NCBI RefSeq assembly: GCF_009914755.1
Contig: NC_060932.1
Source of the DNA: the human T2T-CHM13v2.0 reference genome, Homo sapiens
Length of the DNA: 64,000 bases
Direction: 5' to 3' (one strand)
Below are positions 29,961 to 45,508 of this stretch, one piece after another. A program made the translations under genes and the position numbers. Position 1 is the first letter of the stretch, and each line of letters begins with the position of its first letter. Below the pieces are notes generated by a model, which did not search any database, had not been told where the DNA came from, and saw nothing but the letters and a program-made list of their open reading frames with translations.

Positions 29961-31045
29961 AAAGTTGTTTCTTGTTCCTGCTGTGTGGCTGGCAGGAAAA
30001 GCAGCTGAAGCAGCTTTCCTGAAGCCAGCTAGTCCTCAGTCCTCACCAGCACCCAAGAGAAGACCTCTGGTCATAACAGCTGAGATGCAGACTCCTGGCA
30101 TTTCATACACACAGAGACAGCCTCAAAACTCATTAAAATATTTCACTAAGGGAAAAGGGAGAGGTGATTCCCTGATCTGCTTTTATTTCTTTCTGAGATT
30201 GAGGACCTCTGTTCCTCTCAGCTTCCCGAAGCTGTGAGCTGCAGAGACGTATGCTCAGCATGGCCTTGGGAGCTTGGCCCGAATGCATGCTGTTCTCGAA
30301 GTACTCTGTTTGCCCCCTAAGCATTCCTTGATACTCTTGTGTAGCCAAAATTACAGAAGGAATTTTCTGGTCAGAAAGAAGGTTGAGAGAATGGAGACGT
30401 GCAAGGGTCAAAAATTTCAGATGAGACCCAGAAAAATAAAAAGGAAATCTATTAAAGAACGTGCTCATCCAGCTCCTAACAACTGTGGGATCTGCCTCAG
30501 AAAGAGACGAGGAATCCTCCTCTGCCCCAACTTGATTCAGAAGAGCCTGCCAACAGCACGCTCAGGCTCAGAAGACCAGGCGAGGCTTTCAGACTTTCTT
30601 TGAACATCAAAAAGCCCACGTCCTTCTGGCGACCTTGAGGAGCGAAAGGGAAGCAGGGAAGCTCTGAGCTCCGTGTTGATGGTATAAAGATCAAACAGGA
30701 CCCAATGGAACTAATGCTTCCCTTTATCTCTTGACTCCAGAAGTCTTCAAATGGCCCACCATGCCCTGAAGCTGGAGATTCAGAGGGAAATTGAGATGTC
30801 TTTCTTCATCTGGGAAGAGAGAACAACGTACAAATTGTAATTCATCCCAAGGAAAACCTCTTAGAGCTGTTCACTTTCACTGCTCTGCAGACAGCATTTT
30901 CTTCTGTGCAGCCTAGTTGGCCACACCCCACCTCACTCACATGGTACCCTTGGCACCCTTCTCCACCCCAGGCGCCCCAGCCTCTCTCACTGAAAGTCTC
31001 TTGGGATTCAACACCTAGCACAGCGCCTGCCTGGAAATGGCACTA

Positions 31046-31186
<141 letters not shown>

Positions 31187-31187
31187 C

Positions 31188-32442
<1,255 letters not shown>

Positions 32443-32619
32443 TCATTCTGTTTTCAGCATTTCCTCTTTCGCTCAGCTTCGATAAATAGACAGTGTATAC
32501 CGACTGTGTGCTTGCACTTGTAGGAGAGATAAGAGGGGCTTTAGAGGCAGCACCTACACTCAGGAGCCTTCAGTTTGCCTAAAGAGATGACATATGGACC
32601 CAATTATTATAGAAATGTG

Positions 32620-32887
32620 TGTGGATTCTTCAACTACCACCTAGGGATCAGCAGTTAAAAATGCAAGTCTCCCTGCAGTGAGCTGAGATCGTGCCACTGC
32701 ACTCCAGCCTGGGCGACAAAGAGAGACTCCACCTCAAAAAAAAAGTAAAAATAAATAAATAATGCAAGTCTCCCAAACCCACTCATCAGTGGTCCTGATT
32801 CAGATAGGTCTTAAAATTGAAATTTTGAGCCAGCTCTCATGTGACTCAGAGGCTGATATATACCAGTCCACGCTTGGAGAAACACTG
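32620..32887. mobile_element. MER5A-like hAT relic interrupted by a short Alu
   Basis: GTTAAAAATGCA...CTGATTCAGATAGGTCT...CACGCTTGGAGAAACACTG. Confidence 0.6.
32674..32760 (+). mobile_element. Severely 5'-truncated Alu (~87 bp)
   Basis: Only the 3' end of the right arm plus tail; perfect 14-bp TSD AATGCAAGTCTCCC at 32660 and 32761. Confidence 0.93.
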
Positions 32888-33107
32888 GTTTACAGGGAAG
32901 AACAGACTCACTAGGCAGGCACTGAAGGCCTTGCCTGATCTGTTCCATGATCTTCCCTGTTACGCCCGTAAATCTTCCCACCTCCTCCCTGCCTCCATTC
33001 TATCTCCCATTGGTGACTCATAGCTCTGGGTCTCACCTTTGCATGGATGGCCCCCTTGGGTCTCAGGGCAGGTGTTTCCAGCAAATTAGTAGTGACCTTT
33101 GCCAGAA

Positions 33108-33176
33108 GCTAAGTAACATCCTGGGAGATGGCTAAATAACACCCTGGGATGAGGGCTAAGTAACATCCTGGGAGAG
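33108..33176. repeat. Three-copy 23-24-bp tandem repeat
   Basis: GCTAAGTAACATCCTGGGAGATG / GCTAAATAACACCCTGGGATGAGG / GCTAAGTAACATCCTGGGAGAG. Confidence 0.9.
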
Positions 33177-33548
33177 CCAAACCTGTCCCTCCCTCTTACC
33201 CCTGCTATGGGTCCCGCAGGCTGCCCTGAGGTTAGAAGGAACCAGCACGATGCGCTGGGCTGTCAGAAGTGAGGGGCACGGGCAACTAGACTTCCTCCCC
33301 ACTGACTTCCTGATCTTGTGGAGTGTAGGGAGTCAATAAGGGACAACACAAAGAACCACTTTATGGCTGGTAAGCTTGGTAATCATTAGGGAACAAGCAG
33401 AACTCCTTCAGGACACTTAACAACAAAGAGAAGGAAGAGACTCTCACCCTCCACCCTGTCTCAGCCGCAGCACCACAGCTGGGGGTGGTAGAAACACCGG
33501 GCAGGACATGGGGGAAACAAGGTGGGAGGTGGGCACTCAGTCACAAGC

Positions 33549-33784
33549 TTTTTTTTTTTTTTTTTTTGAGATGGAGTCTCGCTCTCTCGCCCAGGCTAGA
33601 ATACACTGGCATGATCTCCGCTCACTGCAAGCTCCGCCTCCTGGGTTCACACCATTCTCCTGCCTCAGCCTCCCCAGTAGCTGGGACTACAGGCTCCCGC
33701 CACCACCCCCGGCTATTTTTTTGTATTTTTAGTAGAGACAGGGTTTCACCATGTTAGCCAGGATGGTCTCAATCTCCTGACCTC
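33549..33784 (-). mobile_element. Alu SINE, AluY-like, 5'-truncated
   Basis: Y-type CAAGCTCCGCCTCC, TTCACACCATTCTCC, TTAGCCAGGATGGTCTC; flanks CTCAGTCACAAGC / CTCAGTCACGAGC. Confidence 0.92.
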
Positions 33785-33857
33785 AGTCACGAGCATTTTC
33801 AAGACAACCCTGAGACTCCTGGGAACACTTGGGAGGGGGAGGTGTAAGGTTACAGAT

Positions 33858-34528
33858 TGTATTAGTCAGGGTTCTCCAGAGAGACAGAACCAATAGGAGA
33901 GAGATAAATGATGCGTATGTAATAGATTGATAGATAGATAATACACAGATAGATGATAGACAACAGATAGATGATAGGTCAATAATAGATGATAGATTGA
34001 TAGATCGATCAAGAGATGATAGAGATAGATGATAGATAGATAGATAGATACAAACATACATGCATACACACATAGATGAAAGGGGATTTATTAGGGGAAT
34101 TGGCTCACGAATTTATGGAGGCTGAGAAGTCCCATGACAGACCATCCACAAGCTGGAGACCCTGAGATGCTGGGAGCATGGCTCAGTCCAAGTCTGAAAG
34201 CTTCAGAGCCAAGGGAAGCTGATGGTGTCGCTCTGTCTGAGATCAAAGGCCTGAGAGCCCACAAGACAGCTGGTGCAAGTCATGGAGAACCTGGAGTTCT
34301 GATCAAGAGCAGGAGGAGGAGAGTGTCCAGTTCCAGGAGAGAATGAGGAAATCTTTTTCTGTCTTTTTTTGTGCTATTGAGGCCCCCAGCTGATAAGCAC
34401 TCAGTCCACCACCTCACACACCAGCCTCCTCTGGAAGCACCCCACAGATACACCCAGAAGTGCTGCTTTACCAGCTCTTTAGGTATTCCTTAATCCAGTC
34501 AAGCTGACACCTAAAATTAACCATCACA
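33858..34528 (-). mobile_element. ERVL LTR (MLT2B-like)
   Basis: TGTATTAGTCAGGGTTCTCCAGAGAGACAGAACCAATAGG ... CCAGTCAAGCTGACACCTAAAATTAACCATCACA. Confidence 0.92.
33900..34078. repeat. Degenerate (GATA)n microsatellite inside the MLT2 LTR
   Basis: GATA/GAT/TACA units. Confidence 0.9.
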
Positions 34529-34689
34529 CAGCACCAGAAGTAGAGCTACAGCCAGTAAATGTGCATCGTTACTTTTTGTAATTCCCAAATGAACAAAATT
34601 CTAAAATAACTCTCAAGTGCACCTACACCGCTGCCTTATAGGAGGGCTTCGTGGCTTCTTTTCATGACTATTGAAACAATGTCATATCT

Positions 34690-35105
34690 GGTCTCCCATT
34701 GTTTCATTCTCCATTTTATTCACTGTACTGCAGTCATCGGTATTTTTTTTAATTATAAGTCTGATCATTTTACTTCCCTCCTTAAAACTATTCAAGTTCT
34801 CCGTAACCCATACCTTAAAGTCTAGTTTCCTACAGACCCTTCAGAACTTGATTCAAGCATAAAATCCTCCAAGAAACTGCCCTGAATTCCTTGAGTAGAA
34901 TGGGCAACTTCTTCCTCTGCCTCTGTTATGTTTAGTTATAGAACCCATTACAGTTTATGGCATTTATTCATTTACCTGATTATCTGATTCTTCTCCTAGA
35001 CTGGAACTTCCTTGAGGGCAATCCTATACTCTTACCCATCTCTACCATTAGTACCTAGCCAAGTGCTGGTGTGCACTATGAGTTTAATCAATGTTCATTC
35101 ATTCA
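34690..35105 (+). mobile_element. L2 LINE 3' fragments
   Basis: CTAGACTGGAACTTCCTTGAGGGCA...GTACCTAGCCAAGTGCTGG motif typical of the L2 3' end. Confidence 0.55.
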
Positions 35106-35508
35106 CTAATACCATCACATGGCCCCTATCTTGGACTATTTCCTTCTTGCCCCTTAACATGTTCTCATCCCCACCATTGACTTTTTATGTCTCTTCCTCT
35201 CTTTCCCTGAAATATCCTCTATCTTTTTCATTTTCCCTTTTACTTCTTTAAACATTTTTTGTAACAAAATCATTACAATGCCCACAATCCTTGAAAGAAT
35301 AATTCTGCCATTTGTTGTTTCTGCTGACTCTTGCTCCCGGTGGCTTATTCCTTTGTGTGGCGTGTGATTTTGGATTATGAACTCATGTTTTCTAAGGTCC
35401 CTGAGGCACTACCACTTAAATAACCACTTTAAGTTAATTGCATAGCTTGAAGTTTCCTGTACAATGCAGTTAGTACAAATCCAAACCTCAAGCATGTGTG
35501 AGGGTAAG

Positions 35509-35870
35509 TGTCTTGGTCTGTCTGTGCTGCAACAACAAATACCTGAGACTGGGTGATGTATAATGAATAGATGATTATTCCTCACAGTTCTGGAGGCTGG
35601 AAAGTCTAAGATCCAGGTGCCAGCTGGTTTGATTGTCTGGTGAGGCTGCATCCTCCAGAAGGCTGGCACACTGTCCTCACGCGGCAGAAGAGCTGGAGGA
35701 CTAGCCAACCAAATGTGGCATGAAGCTTTATTTTAAACAGGCTTAATCCCATTCACAAGGGAGGAGCCTGCATGGTCTAATTATCTAATCACCTCTCAAA
35801 GGTTCCATCTCTTAATAATATCACATTGACAACATTTGAATTTTGGAGGGGACACATTCAAACCATAGCA
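35509..35870 (-). mobile_element. MaLR solo LTR (MLT1A/MSTD-like)
   Basis: TGTCTTGGTCTG...CTCACAGTTCTGGAGGCTGGAAAGTCTAAGATC...GGACACATTCAAACCATAGCA; flanks GTAAG / GTAGG. Confidence 0.88.
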
Positions 35871-36102
35871 GTAGGCCTAACTATAGTAACAAATTCAAAT
35901 TTCTTTTTTTCACCAGAGTCGCACTTCATAAAGCAAGTATCCCTATCTGTCTTCCCTTGCCAGGGGCCTCATTCATCTAGTCCACACTGCCCCAGGAATC
36001 CTGTTTTACACATGTGAGGGTTGTCTCAGTTCAATCTTCTCACCTTGTGTGGGCCCCAAAACAGAAGATCCACAGAAGGCATTAAAACCCAAGACCCTAG
36101 AT

Positions 36103-36306
36103 CAGAGATCAGCAAAGCATAACTCATGGGCCAAACTGAGCTCACAGCTAGGCAAGTCTTCCCACGCCCTTTTGCTTATGTATTGTCTGTGGCTGCATTT
36201 ATGCCACAGAGGCAGAGATGAGTAGTTTGAACAGAGACCATCTGGGCTCGTAAAGCCAAAAATATTTACTATCTGGCCCTGTACAGAAAATGATTTCCAA
36301 CCCTTG
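36103..36306. mobile_element. MER58A hAT-Charlie relic
   Basis: GAGTAGTTTGAACAGAGACC...AAAGCCAAAAATATTTACTATCTGGCCCTGTACAGAAAA. Confidence 0.85.
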
Positions 36307-36666
36307 CTCTGGACAACCAGGACCACCAAAAGCACTAGCAACTCTCTTTGTTTTTAGCCCTTGGGAAATACTCTCACCTTTTTGCAAACTCAGTGATGCA
36401 TTTCAAAGGAATTTTGTATCCTGCGAGTTTAGCCATATTGAGTGGGGAGTTTTTCTAGGACATCTAGTCCACCACATGGCCAGAAAGCAAAGCCAGCCTC
36501 TTCTTTCTTTTACCTCTCAAAATTCTAATCACCTTTTGAGGTCTAAAACAGAAATTCTCTCCTTCAGAAAGCCTTCCCCAATGATTTTGGCTTATTGTAC
36601 CATGTGACTACAGGTACTTTAAATGTCCTTATCATCTCTAATCTATGGTCTAGTAATTCATCATAG

Positions 36667-36668
<2 letters not shown>

Positions 36669-36708
<40 letters not shown>
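36669..36708. repeat. (GT)20 microsatellite
   Basis: Perfect dinucleotide run. Confidence 0.98.
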
Positions 36709-36710
<2 letters not shown>

Positions 36711-36929
36711 CTGCTCTCCAGTTGCATTGAGCAGGTAATTATTCTCTTTCGTATAGTTGTCAGAATCTTAAGAACAATGTTGATCATTGAGATCAATACC
36801 TAGTATTATGGGATTTGAGAGTTGACACAATCCTGAGATGTTATGGAGCTCTACATCTGGTAGTTTAGAAAAGAAACCTTGGCCTCGTCATGGCAATGGA
36901 GAATGTAGCAAGGGGAAGTAGCAAGTGTT

Positions 36930-37150
36930 CAGGCCTTGGGTTTACACAGAACTGGGTTCAAATCCCAGTTCTAGCTAATTGCATACTAGCCATATGACCT
37001 TAGGTAATTAACCCTTCTGAGTTAAGGTTGCTTCATCTATAAAAATATAAAGTAAAGAATGTCATACCTACCTTGGACAATCGAGAGACTTAGAAAGAAC
37101 ATATATGCACAGTTTATGGCATAAGGAGGCAATTAGTAAGCTACTATCAT
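36930..37150 (+). mobile_element. MIR SINE
   Basis: CTGGGTTCAAATCCCAG...TACTAGCCATATGACCTTAGGTAATTAACC...CATCTATAAAA. Confidence 0.78.
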
Positions 37151-38122
37151 GTTATGGAAATGACTTGTTTGTTAATGATCTTGAGACCACACTTGAAGGT
37201 TTTGACTGTTCCAATACTCCATGCATCCAAGCTGGAATTCGATCTGTTATGTGTATCCAAGTTTGTGAAACCTGGACAAGAAGCCTAGGAAATACAGAAA
37301 GGAACTGGCAAGGATGCATGCCTAGACCTTACCAGAGAGCAGATTTCCAGCATTTTAGGTCTGGCCGCAGAAATTCTGCAGGGCTAGAACAGGTCAAATG
37401 GCCTAACCAATCTAATCAACAGAAAAGTGTATTACAATGTTAATAGCTATCAAAAATGGCTGGTTGACTGCAACTGCCATAGATAATGCATCTTGGTGCT
37501 GTCTTTGGCTTTGGCTTCCTTGATAACTCTGTCAGTATCTTATCCCACCATGCCCAGCAGGCCTGAGCTTCACCAGCTAGTCTTGTTCTTTAAGGGAAAA
37601 CAAATTGTTTGGTTTGCTTTCCCCTTGTTTCTGGCATTTGTAACAGAAGGAACTGAAGAGGGAGATGGGGTGGCCTGAAGTTGCACCACCTCCCTCCAGG
37701 CTGACTTAGACCTATGTCTTTGGTGCTCATTCAGGGGTGCTAGAAGCCTCATTCAGGTGCCCTGAACAATGGGTTGGACATGGGATAGCAAGAGAAGCCA
37801 CAGATGTATTTATGACCCTAGCCACAGAAGAGGCAATGGGAGTTTATTGGTGAGAAGGCCAGCTCATCTAGGCCTTGACTCCTTTAGTAGCACTGGGCTA
37901 GTACTTGCTGACATGACCTCTTTAAGCCCTTGCCTGGTGGCCTGCACACTTCCTAGGTCGCTGCACTGCCTCTTTTCTTTTTCCCCCATAGGACATCTGA
38001 ACATGCCTGCTTTATGCAGCATTCTCCTGCAGGCAAAGGGGTTCCCATTCCCATCCTCACTCTGCCCAAACACATGTGCCCACACCCTGTCTCCACTTTC
38101 CAACATTTTATTGATCCATCAC

Positions 38123-38407
<285 letters not shown>

Positions 38408-39202
38408 TCCATCACTTCTGACTTACTCAATGATGGATTTTGAAATTTACTTGTTTGTGTTACTCACAGCACCAAAGGCTGTGTTCAGTGTTTCTTGACT
38501 ATTTCAATTCTTATTCATTAGGATGCTCTGCATCTGAAGACAGAAGACTCAGTAATAGTAAACCTTTAATTTGCACAGCATTCTTTTTCAATATATGATT
38601 TTATACTTTTTAAGTAAACAAAGCATCTAAACTAGGTCAATACTATGTTGCACTAAGTTATTCAAAATGACCTATAAAAAACAATAAATTGATGAAAAAA
38701 TGTGCAATTCAGATTTCCCTAACATACAAATAGCACTGCAAAATTAAAAGACCAAATTCCAACAGAAAAATGGGAAAGGACATAAACAAGACAGCTCACA
38801 GAAATGAAATTAAAAATGGATTACAACATCGGGCAGTGTACTCAACCTTATTCATAATAAGAGAAAAGCTAACTTAAAATTCTATTATCTACAGTTTTTC
38901 ACCTTTAAGATAGGTAGAGATTAATTAGTGCAACCTCTCTAAAGTGTGATTTGGCAATATTCATACAAAATGCAACGGTACACACCTTTGACCCAGCAAT
39001 CCTACTTGCAAGAAATTGCCAAACAAATGCATTCTCACATATATGTGGATAATATACATACAAGGTTGTTAACCGTAGCATTATTTATCATAGCAAGGTT
39101 TGGGGAAACACCTAAATGTTTATTAATAGAGGACACTGCTTAAACAAGTCATGGGACATCCATACAATGGAATACTATACAACTGCAAAAAATAAAGTGG
39201 TG

Positions 39203-39507
<305 letters not shown>

Positions 39508-39677
39508 AAAAAATAAAGTGGAGGGGCAGGATAGCCTGGTATGGATGGATTTGATTCAGACTCTTAAGGATATATTGTAAAGTGAAAAAGTAAAGTGCAG
39601 GACAGCATGCATCCCATATTGATGTCATCTGTACTAAAAAGGTCGGGGGAGAAGAGAATCTCTAAATGAAAATACAC

Positions 39678-40011
<334 letters not shown>

Positions 40012-41499
40012 TAAAGATACATAGAAAATGTAACCCTGATTGCCTCTAGGAAAGAAACAATGTCTAGAAAGGAGGGGATTAGGTGCAGACTTTTCACTAT
40101 CTACCCTTTGTTCCATTTGAATTTTGATCATCAAAATAAATAAAACATTTTAATCGAGTGTCCCAATTATTGGCAGTAAGTGGTGTTTTTCTTGTGCCAC
40201 TGAGCCTCATCAAATCCCTTTTGGAAATCAGATGGCACCCAGACATTTGCCAGCTCCACAGTTACCACCCGAGCAGAAGCAGAGGCTCTGTGCCCCAGCG
40301 TGGCCCTGCAAGTTCTGGGAGCTCTAAAAGGAGCTTCTCAGATGCCCACAACCCAGTCTGTATCTGTGCAACCTCTCCTTCTTCCTTGGGCTCCCATTCA
40401 TGCCCCCACCTGCTCATGCTACCCTTGCGAAGGTCTCTTGGAATAGCCTCACTGCAGCCCTATCTGTTGCCTCTGCTACAGCGGTCTCTAAATGCTCCCA
40501 ACATTTCCTTTCCCTGGAAGCCTGGTTCCTGGCAGGGCAGTAGAAGAGGCAGCAACCCTGCTCTGGGCTGCATTTATCTCCCCAGCCTTAAGCAACTCTG
40601 CCTGGACACAGAGTATCACAGTTTTCTGGAATATTTCCATTATCAATAGTACCAACCTCCAGTCCCCTATCTATAAAGATCATGATGACTCCATAGGCTC
40701 AAGGGAAGGAGACTCCTTAACACCCACTCATCTTCTGCTTTTTCTGGGACAGGGGAAAAGGGGAGGACAAGACTTGCTTCCCCCTCCACAACTTCCTCCC
40801 TCCTCTCAAAAACAAAACAAATATTGGTGGAGGTGGATAGAGGGGAACAGGTGTTACCTGTAATGCCTGCAGTCAATCAAGAATTCCTGATAACTGCTAC
40901 AACTATAAAAACCCAATTCTAGACAATTCCTTTCTCTCGAGGGTTATTACGTTAAATTCTTCCTTGAGGTTTTCCATTGCAATGATTCTGACACTTAGCC
41001 CAAATCTATGGTGGCTACTGTCCTGCAATTATCGTCAGCCCATGCTGGCTCCAACCTGCACCCTGACGCTCTATTAGCCTTCCTGAAACACTCTTGAATG
41101 AGACCTTGGTGGCAGCATTGAGTTCCCAAGTTTCCCAAGTTTCCAAATAACCCTTGAAAGTTGGGCCCTATGCCAAGGAGGCTGGCTGGGCTGAGTGGCC
41201 TGGAAGGTGTGTTGTACACTCAGAAAAGCGTTGTTTCTCATGGAGACACCGAGCTAAGTAATGGGTGAGAGAGCGGGATCGGTAAGTTACAGTACTGAAT
41301 TTCAAGGAGCCAACAGACCAGCAGAGAATATGAAACTCTCACACAAAGTGGCTGCCATATAGAACATAACATGACACATGACAGAATATGCACCAGCAAC
41401 ATACCAACATACCATGGAAGATACTGAGAGGTATCACCCCGCCGGAGGAATCAAGGAAGGCTTCATAAAAGCAGTAAGATATCAGTTGAGTGGTGACGG

Positions 41500-42270
41500 T
41501 GTTGACCTAAAAGGAAGAAATTGAGGGACAAAATGTGATTTAAAGCATTTTCTTGGCCAGGCACAGTGGCTTATGCCTGTAATCCCAACAGTTTGGGAAG
41601 CCGAGGTGGGGGGATCACTTCAGCCCAGTTCAAGATCAGCCTGGGAAACATAGTGATACCCTGTCTCTGTGAAAATTACAAAAATTAGCAAGGAGTGGTA
41701 GCACATGCCTGTAGTATCCCATTTACTCAGGACACTGAGGCCAGGAGGATCATCTGACCCTGGGAGGCAGAGGTTGCAGTGAGCTGAGATCACACCATTA
41801 TACTCTAACTTGGATGACAGAGCGAGACTCTGTCTCAAAAAAAAAAAAAAAAAGTTTCCTGAGCTAAAGTTAGGACAACTGCCTGGAAGACTCAGACCCA
41901 AGTAACCTTGGATATGAGCTCTATTTGGCCTTTGGTACAAGCAGGTTTTTAAACACAAGGGACAGGGATTGGCTGGTAGAAAGTTGTCTGTCGAAAATTC
42001 TCATTGGTTAATAGAAGTAGCATTGGTTAATAGAAGTAGTGTTGATTAGTGATTGGCTGTACACTCTGAAGCTATCAGTGTGGGTTAGCGTGTCCCATGC
42101 AGTGTTACTGGTTAGTTTCTAGATACCTGTGGCAGCAGCAGGCAGCTTCAATAGATGAATGTGCAGCTGGGGGTGAAGGAGGATGCCAGGGCTGGCTCAC
42201 TTCAATGTCTCTCTGGGTCTGATCATTTAACAGGACTTGCATTCCTCGGTTTTCTTGCTTTTCTCAAGGG
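41500..42270 (-). mobile_element. ERV1-type LTR (family not resolved), interrupted by Alu
   Basis: Begins TGTTGACCTAAAAGGAAG, the reverse complement of the terminus type at 25690-25702; four ATTGG (CCAAT) boxes at 41978-42056. Confidence 0.55.
41555..41853 (+). mobile_element. Alu SINE (J/old S type)
   Basis: Full Alu with poly(A). Confidence 0.93.
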
Positions 42271-42283
42271 AAAGGTAGAATTT

Positions 42284-43186
<903 letters not shown>

Positions 43187-44517
43187 CTACCGCCATTTGC
43201 ATGGCCCTTATAATTTACAGCACTCTTTCCAGTGCATTGCCATTTGACCTTCATGATGACCTCATGACTTACACATTTTTAGAGAAAAAACACTAGACCT
43301 CAAAGAGTTTGACGCAATTCACCCAAGGTTATTCAGTGGCAAACATCAGTTTTAACTTGGAAAAATACAGAGTCTTTTGCAGGAAAAGGCACTAACATAC
43401 CATAGATATGTGTTAATGGGCCCCCAGTTGCCTGGGGCTAATTTTAAAAGTTTGTTCTCTTACATACTTTTAACATTTCCTCTGAGTAAATTATTTTCCA
43501 ATATTAATTTGCATTGTAAGTAATGTCTTTGGGTTAAATTTCTTCAGGTAACTGCCAGGTTAAACACCAGCCTTGACCCTCTTCAAATTACCCAAATTCT
43601 GAGTTACTGGTGGGTGAGTGAATGAGGTTTCACTGTGTATTTCTTTACACTGGCTCAGCTGTGTCAGTGTTTTCAAGACTTGTAATTTGCACAGCTACTT
43701 TTTAACTGGTTCTGGGAAGCCCTTAGACTAGCGTACTAGAGTGAACAGGGACACCCTTTGTCTTTCTCTCTCTCTGTTTTTGCTGTTTTGTTTTCAATGA
43801 AGATTGGAAGGACAAAGGTAACACAGAAACACATTTATGAGATAAGTGAATGGACTGCTTTATTACTTCTTTTTTTTTCCTTGTCTAATCTATAATGCTT
43901 TATTACCTATATGCTGAGATTCCTCTCAAAATGTCCACTGGCATTGATGGCATTGAATTGGCCCAATAGCAAACTGTTGCTTCCTGTGAGATGCCCGTTA
44001 TTAGGCAGTGGTTTGCTTTTATAGTTTTATGTTTCTTTGTTTGTGTTTTCATTTGTTTTATTTTGTTTTCACACTGTTCGGAGCCAGTGAATAAAACACT
44101 GCAGAAAAGGAGCTCATGGTCTCATAATTCTCAGGGAAGACCCTGCCCCACAATGGCATAGCCCTCCCTGATGTCATGGGTGTTCTAAAGATGTTTGCTA
44201 AAGGGGAGAAATAATCTTCACAGGTGTAGACCTAGAGTTTCCAGAGCTCCTCTCTACAGGACATCCTACATTTTGTGACATAGGGAGAGACAGGTGAGGG
44301 CAGGGACACCAATCACTTCATCACCATTCCCCTCACCGGGCCTGGGTGAAAAAATATAAGCAATTCTCATTATTGGATATAGTGATGTTCCATAAACTTT
44401 CTGGAATGCTGGAATGGCGAATACTGAACCATTGCTCCTAGGGGAAATAGAGGGTTATGCTCCTATGAGCCTCTGGTCACAACATCTTCATCAACTGATT
44501 GATTCATAACCTTGTTT

Positions 44518-44908
44518 TTTTACAAGAAAGAGGTCCCAATCCAGACCCCAAGAGAGAGTTCTTGGATCTCACGCAAGACAGAATTCGAGCGAGACCACAG
44601 AGTAAAACAAAAGCAAGTTTATTAGAGAAGTAAAGAAACAGAAGAATGTCTACTCCACAGCCACAGCAGTGGCAGAGGCTGCTCGACTAAGTAAACTTAT
44701 GGTTATTTCTTGATTATATGCTAAACAAGGGGTGGATTATTCGTGGGTTTTCGAGGAAGGGGAGAGGAGTTCCCATAACTGAGGGTCCCTCACCCTTTTA
44801 GACCATATAGGGTAGCTTCCAGCCTTTGCCTTGGCATTTGTAAGCTGTCATGGCACTGGTGAGAGTGTCTTTTAGCATGCTAATGTATTATTATTATTAT
44901 TATTATTA

Positions 44909-44940
<32 letters not shown>

Positions 44941-45508
44941 TGAGATAGGGTCTCACTCTGTCACCCAGGTTAGAGTGCAGTGGTGCAGTTTTGGCTCACT
45001 GCAACCTCTGACCCCCAGGATCAAACGATCCTCTCATCTCAGCCTCCCTAGTAGCTGGGACAACAGGCATGTGCTACCACACCCAGCTAATTTTTGTAGT
45101 TTTTGTAGAGACAGGGTCTTGCCATGTTGCCCAAGCTAGTCTCAAACTCCTGGGCTCAAGCTATCCACCTGCCTCAACTTCCCAAAGTGCTGGGATTACA
45201 GGTGTGAGCCACTGCACCCAGCCTGCTAATGTATTACAATTAGCATATAATGAACAGTGAGGATGACCAGAGGTCGCTTTTGTCACCATCTTGGTTTTGA
45301 TGGGTTTTGACTGGCTTCTTTACGGCCTCCTGTTTTATCGGCAGGGTCTTTGTGACCTGTATCTTGTGATATCAGTCCTGTTGACCTCCTGTTTCATCCT
45401 GTGACTAAGAATGCCTAAACACCTAGGAATGCAGCCCAGCAGGCATCGGCCTTATTTTACCAAGCCCCTATTCAAGATGGAGTCACTCTAGTTTGAACGC
45501 CTCTGACA
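44518..45508 (-). mobile_element. ERV1 solo LTR, MER41B-like, interrupted by Alu
   Basis: Right end TTCAAGATGGAGTCACTCTAGTTTGAACGCCTCTGACA = reverse of the MER41 5' end; left end ATCCAGACCCCAAGAGAGAGTTCTTGGATCTCACGCAAG; 4-bp TSD GTTT. Confidence 0.9.
44891..45223 (-). mobile_element. Alu SINE, AluJb-like, with (TTA)n tail
   Basis: Reverse Alu; TGCTAATGTATTA at 44878 and 45224 (TSD). Confidence 0.93.

Noticed and set aside
33108-33176. Possible CRISPR-like repeat array
   Set aside because: Units are directly adjacent with no spacers, and the context is primate DNA with no cas genes
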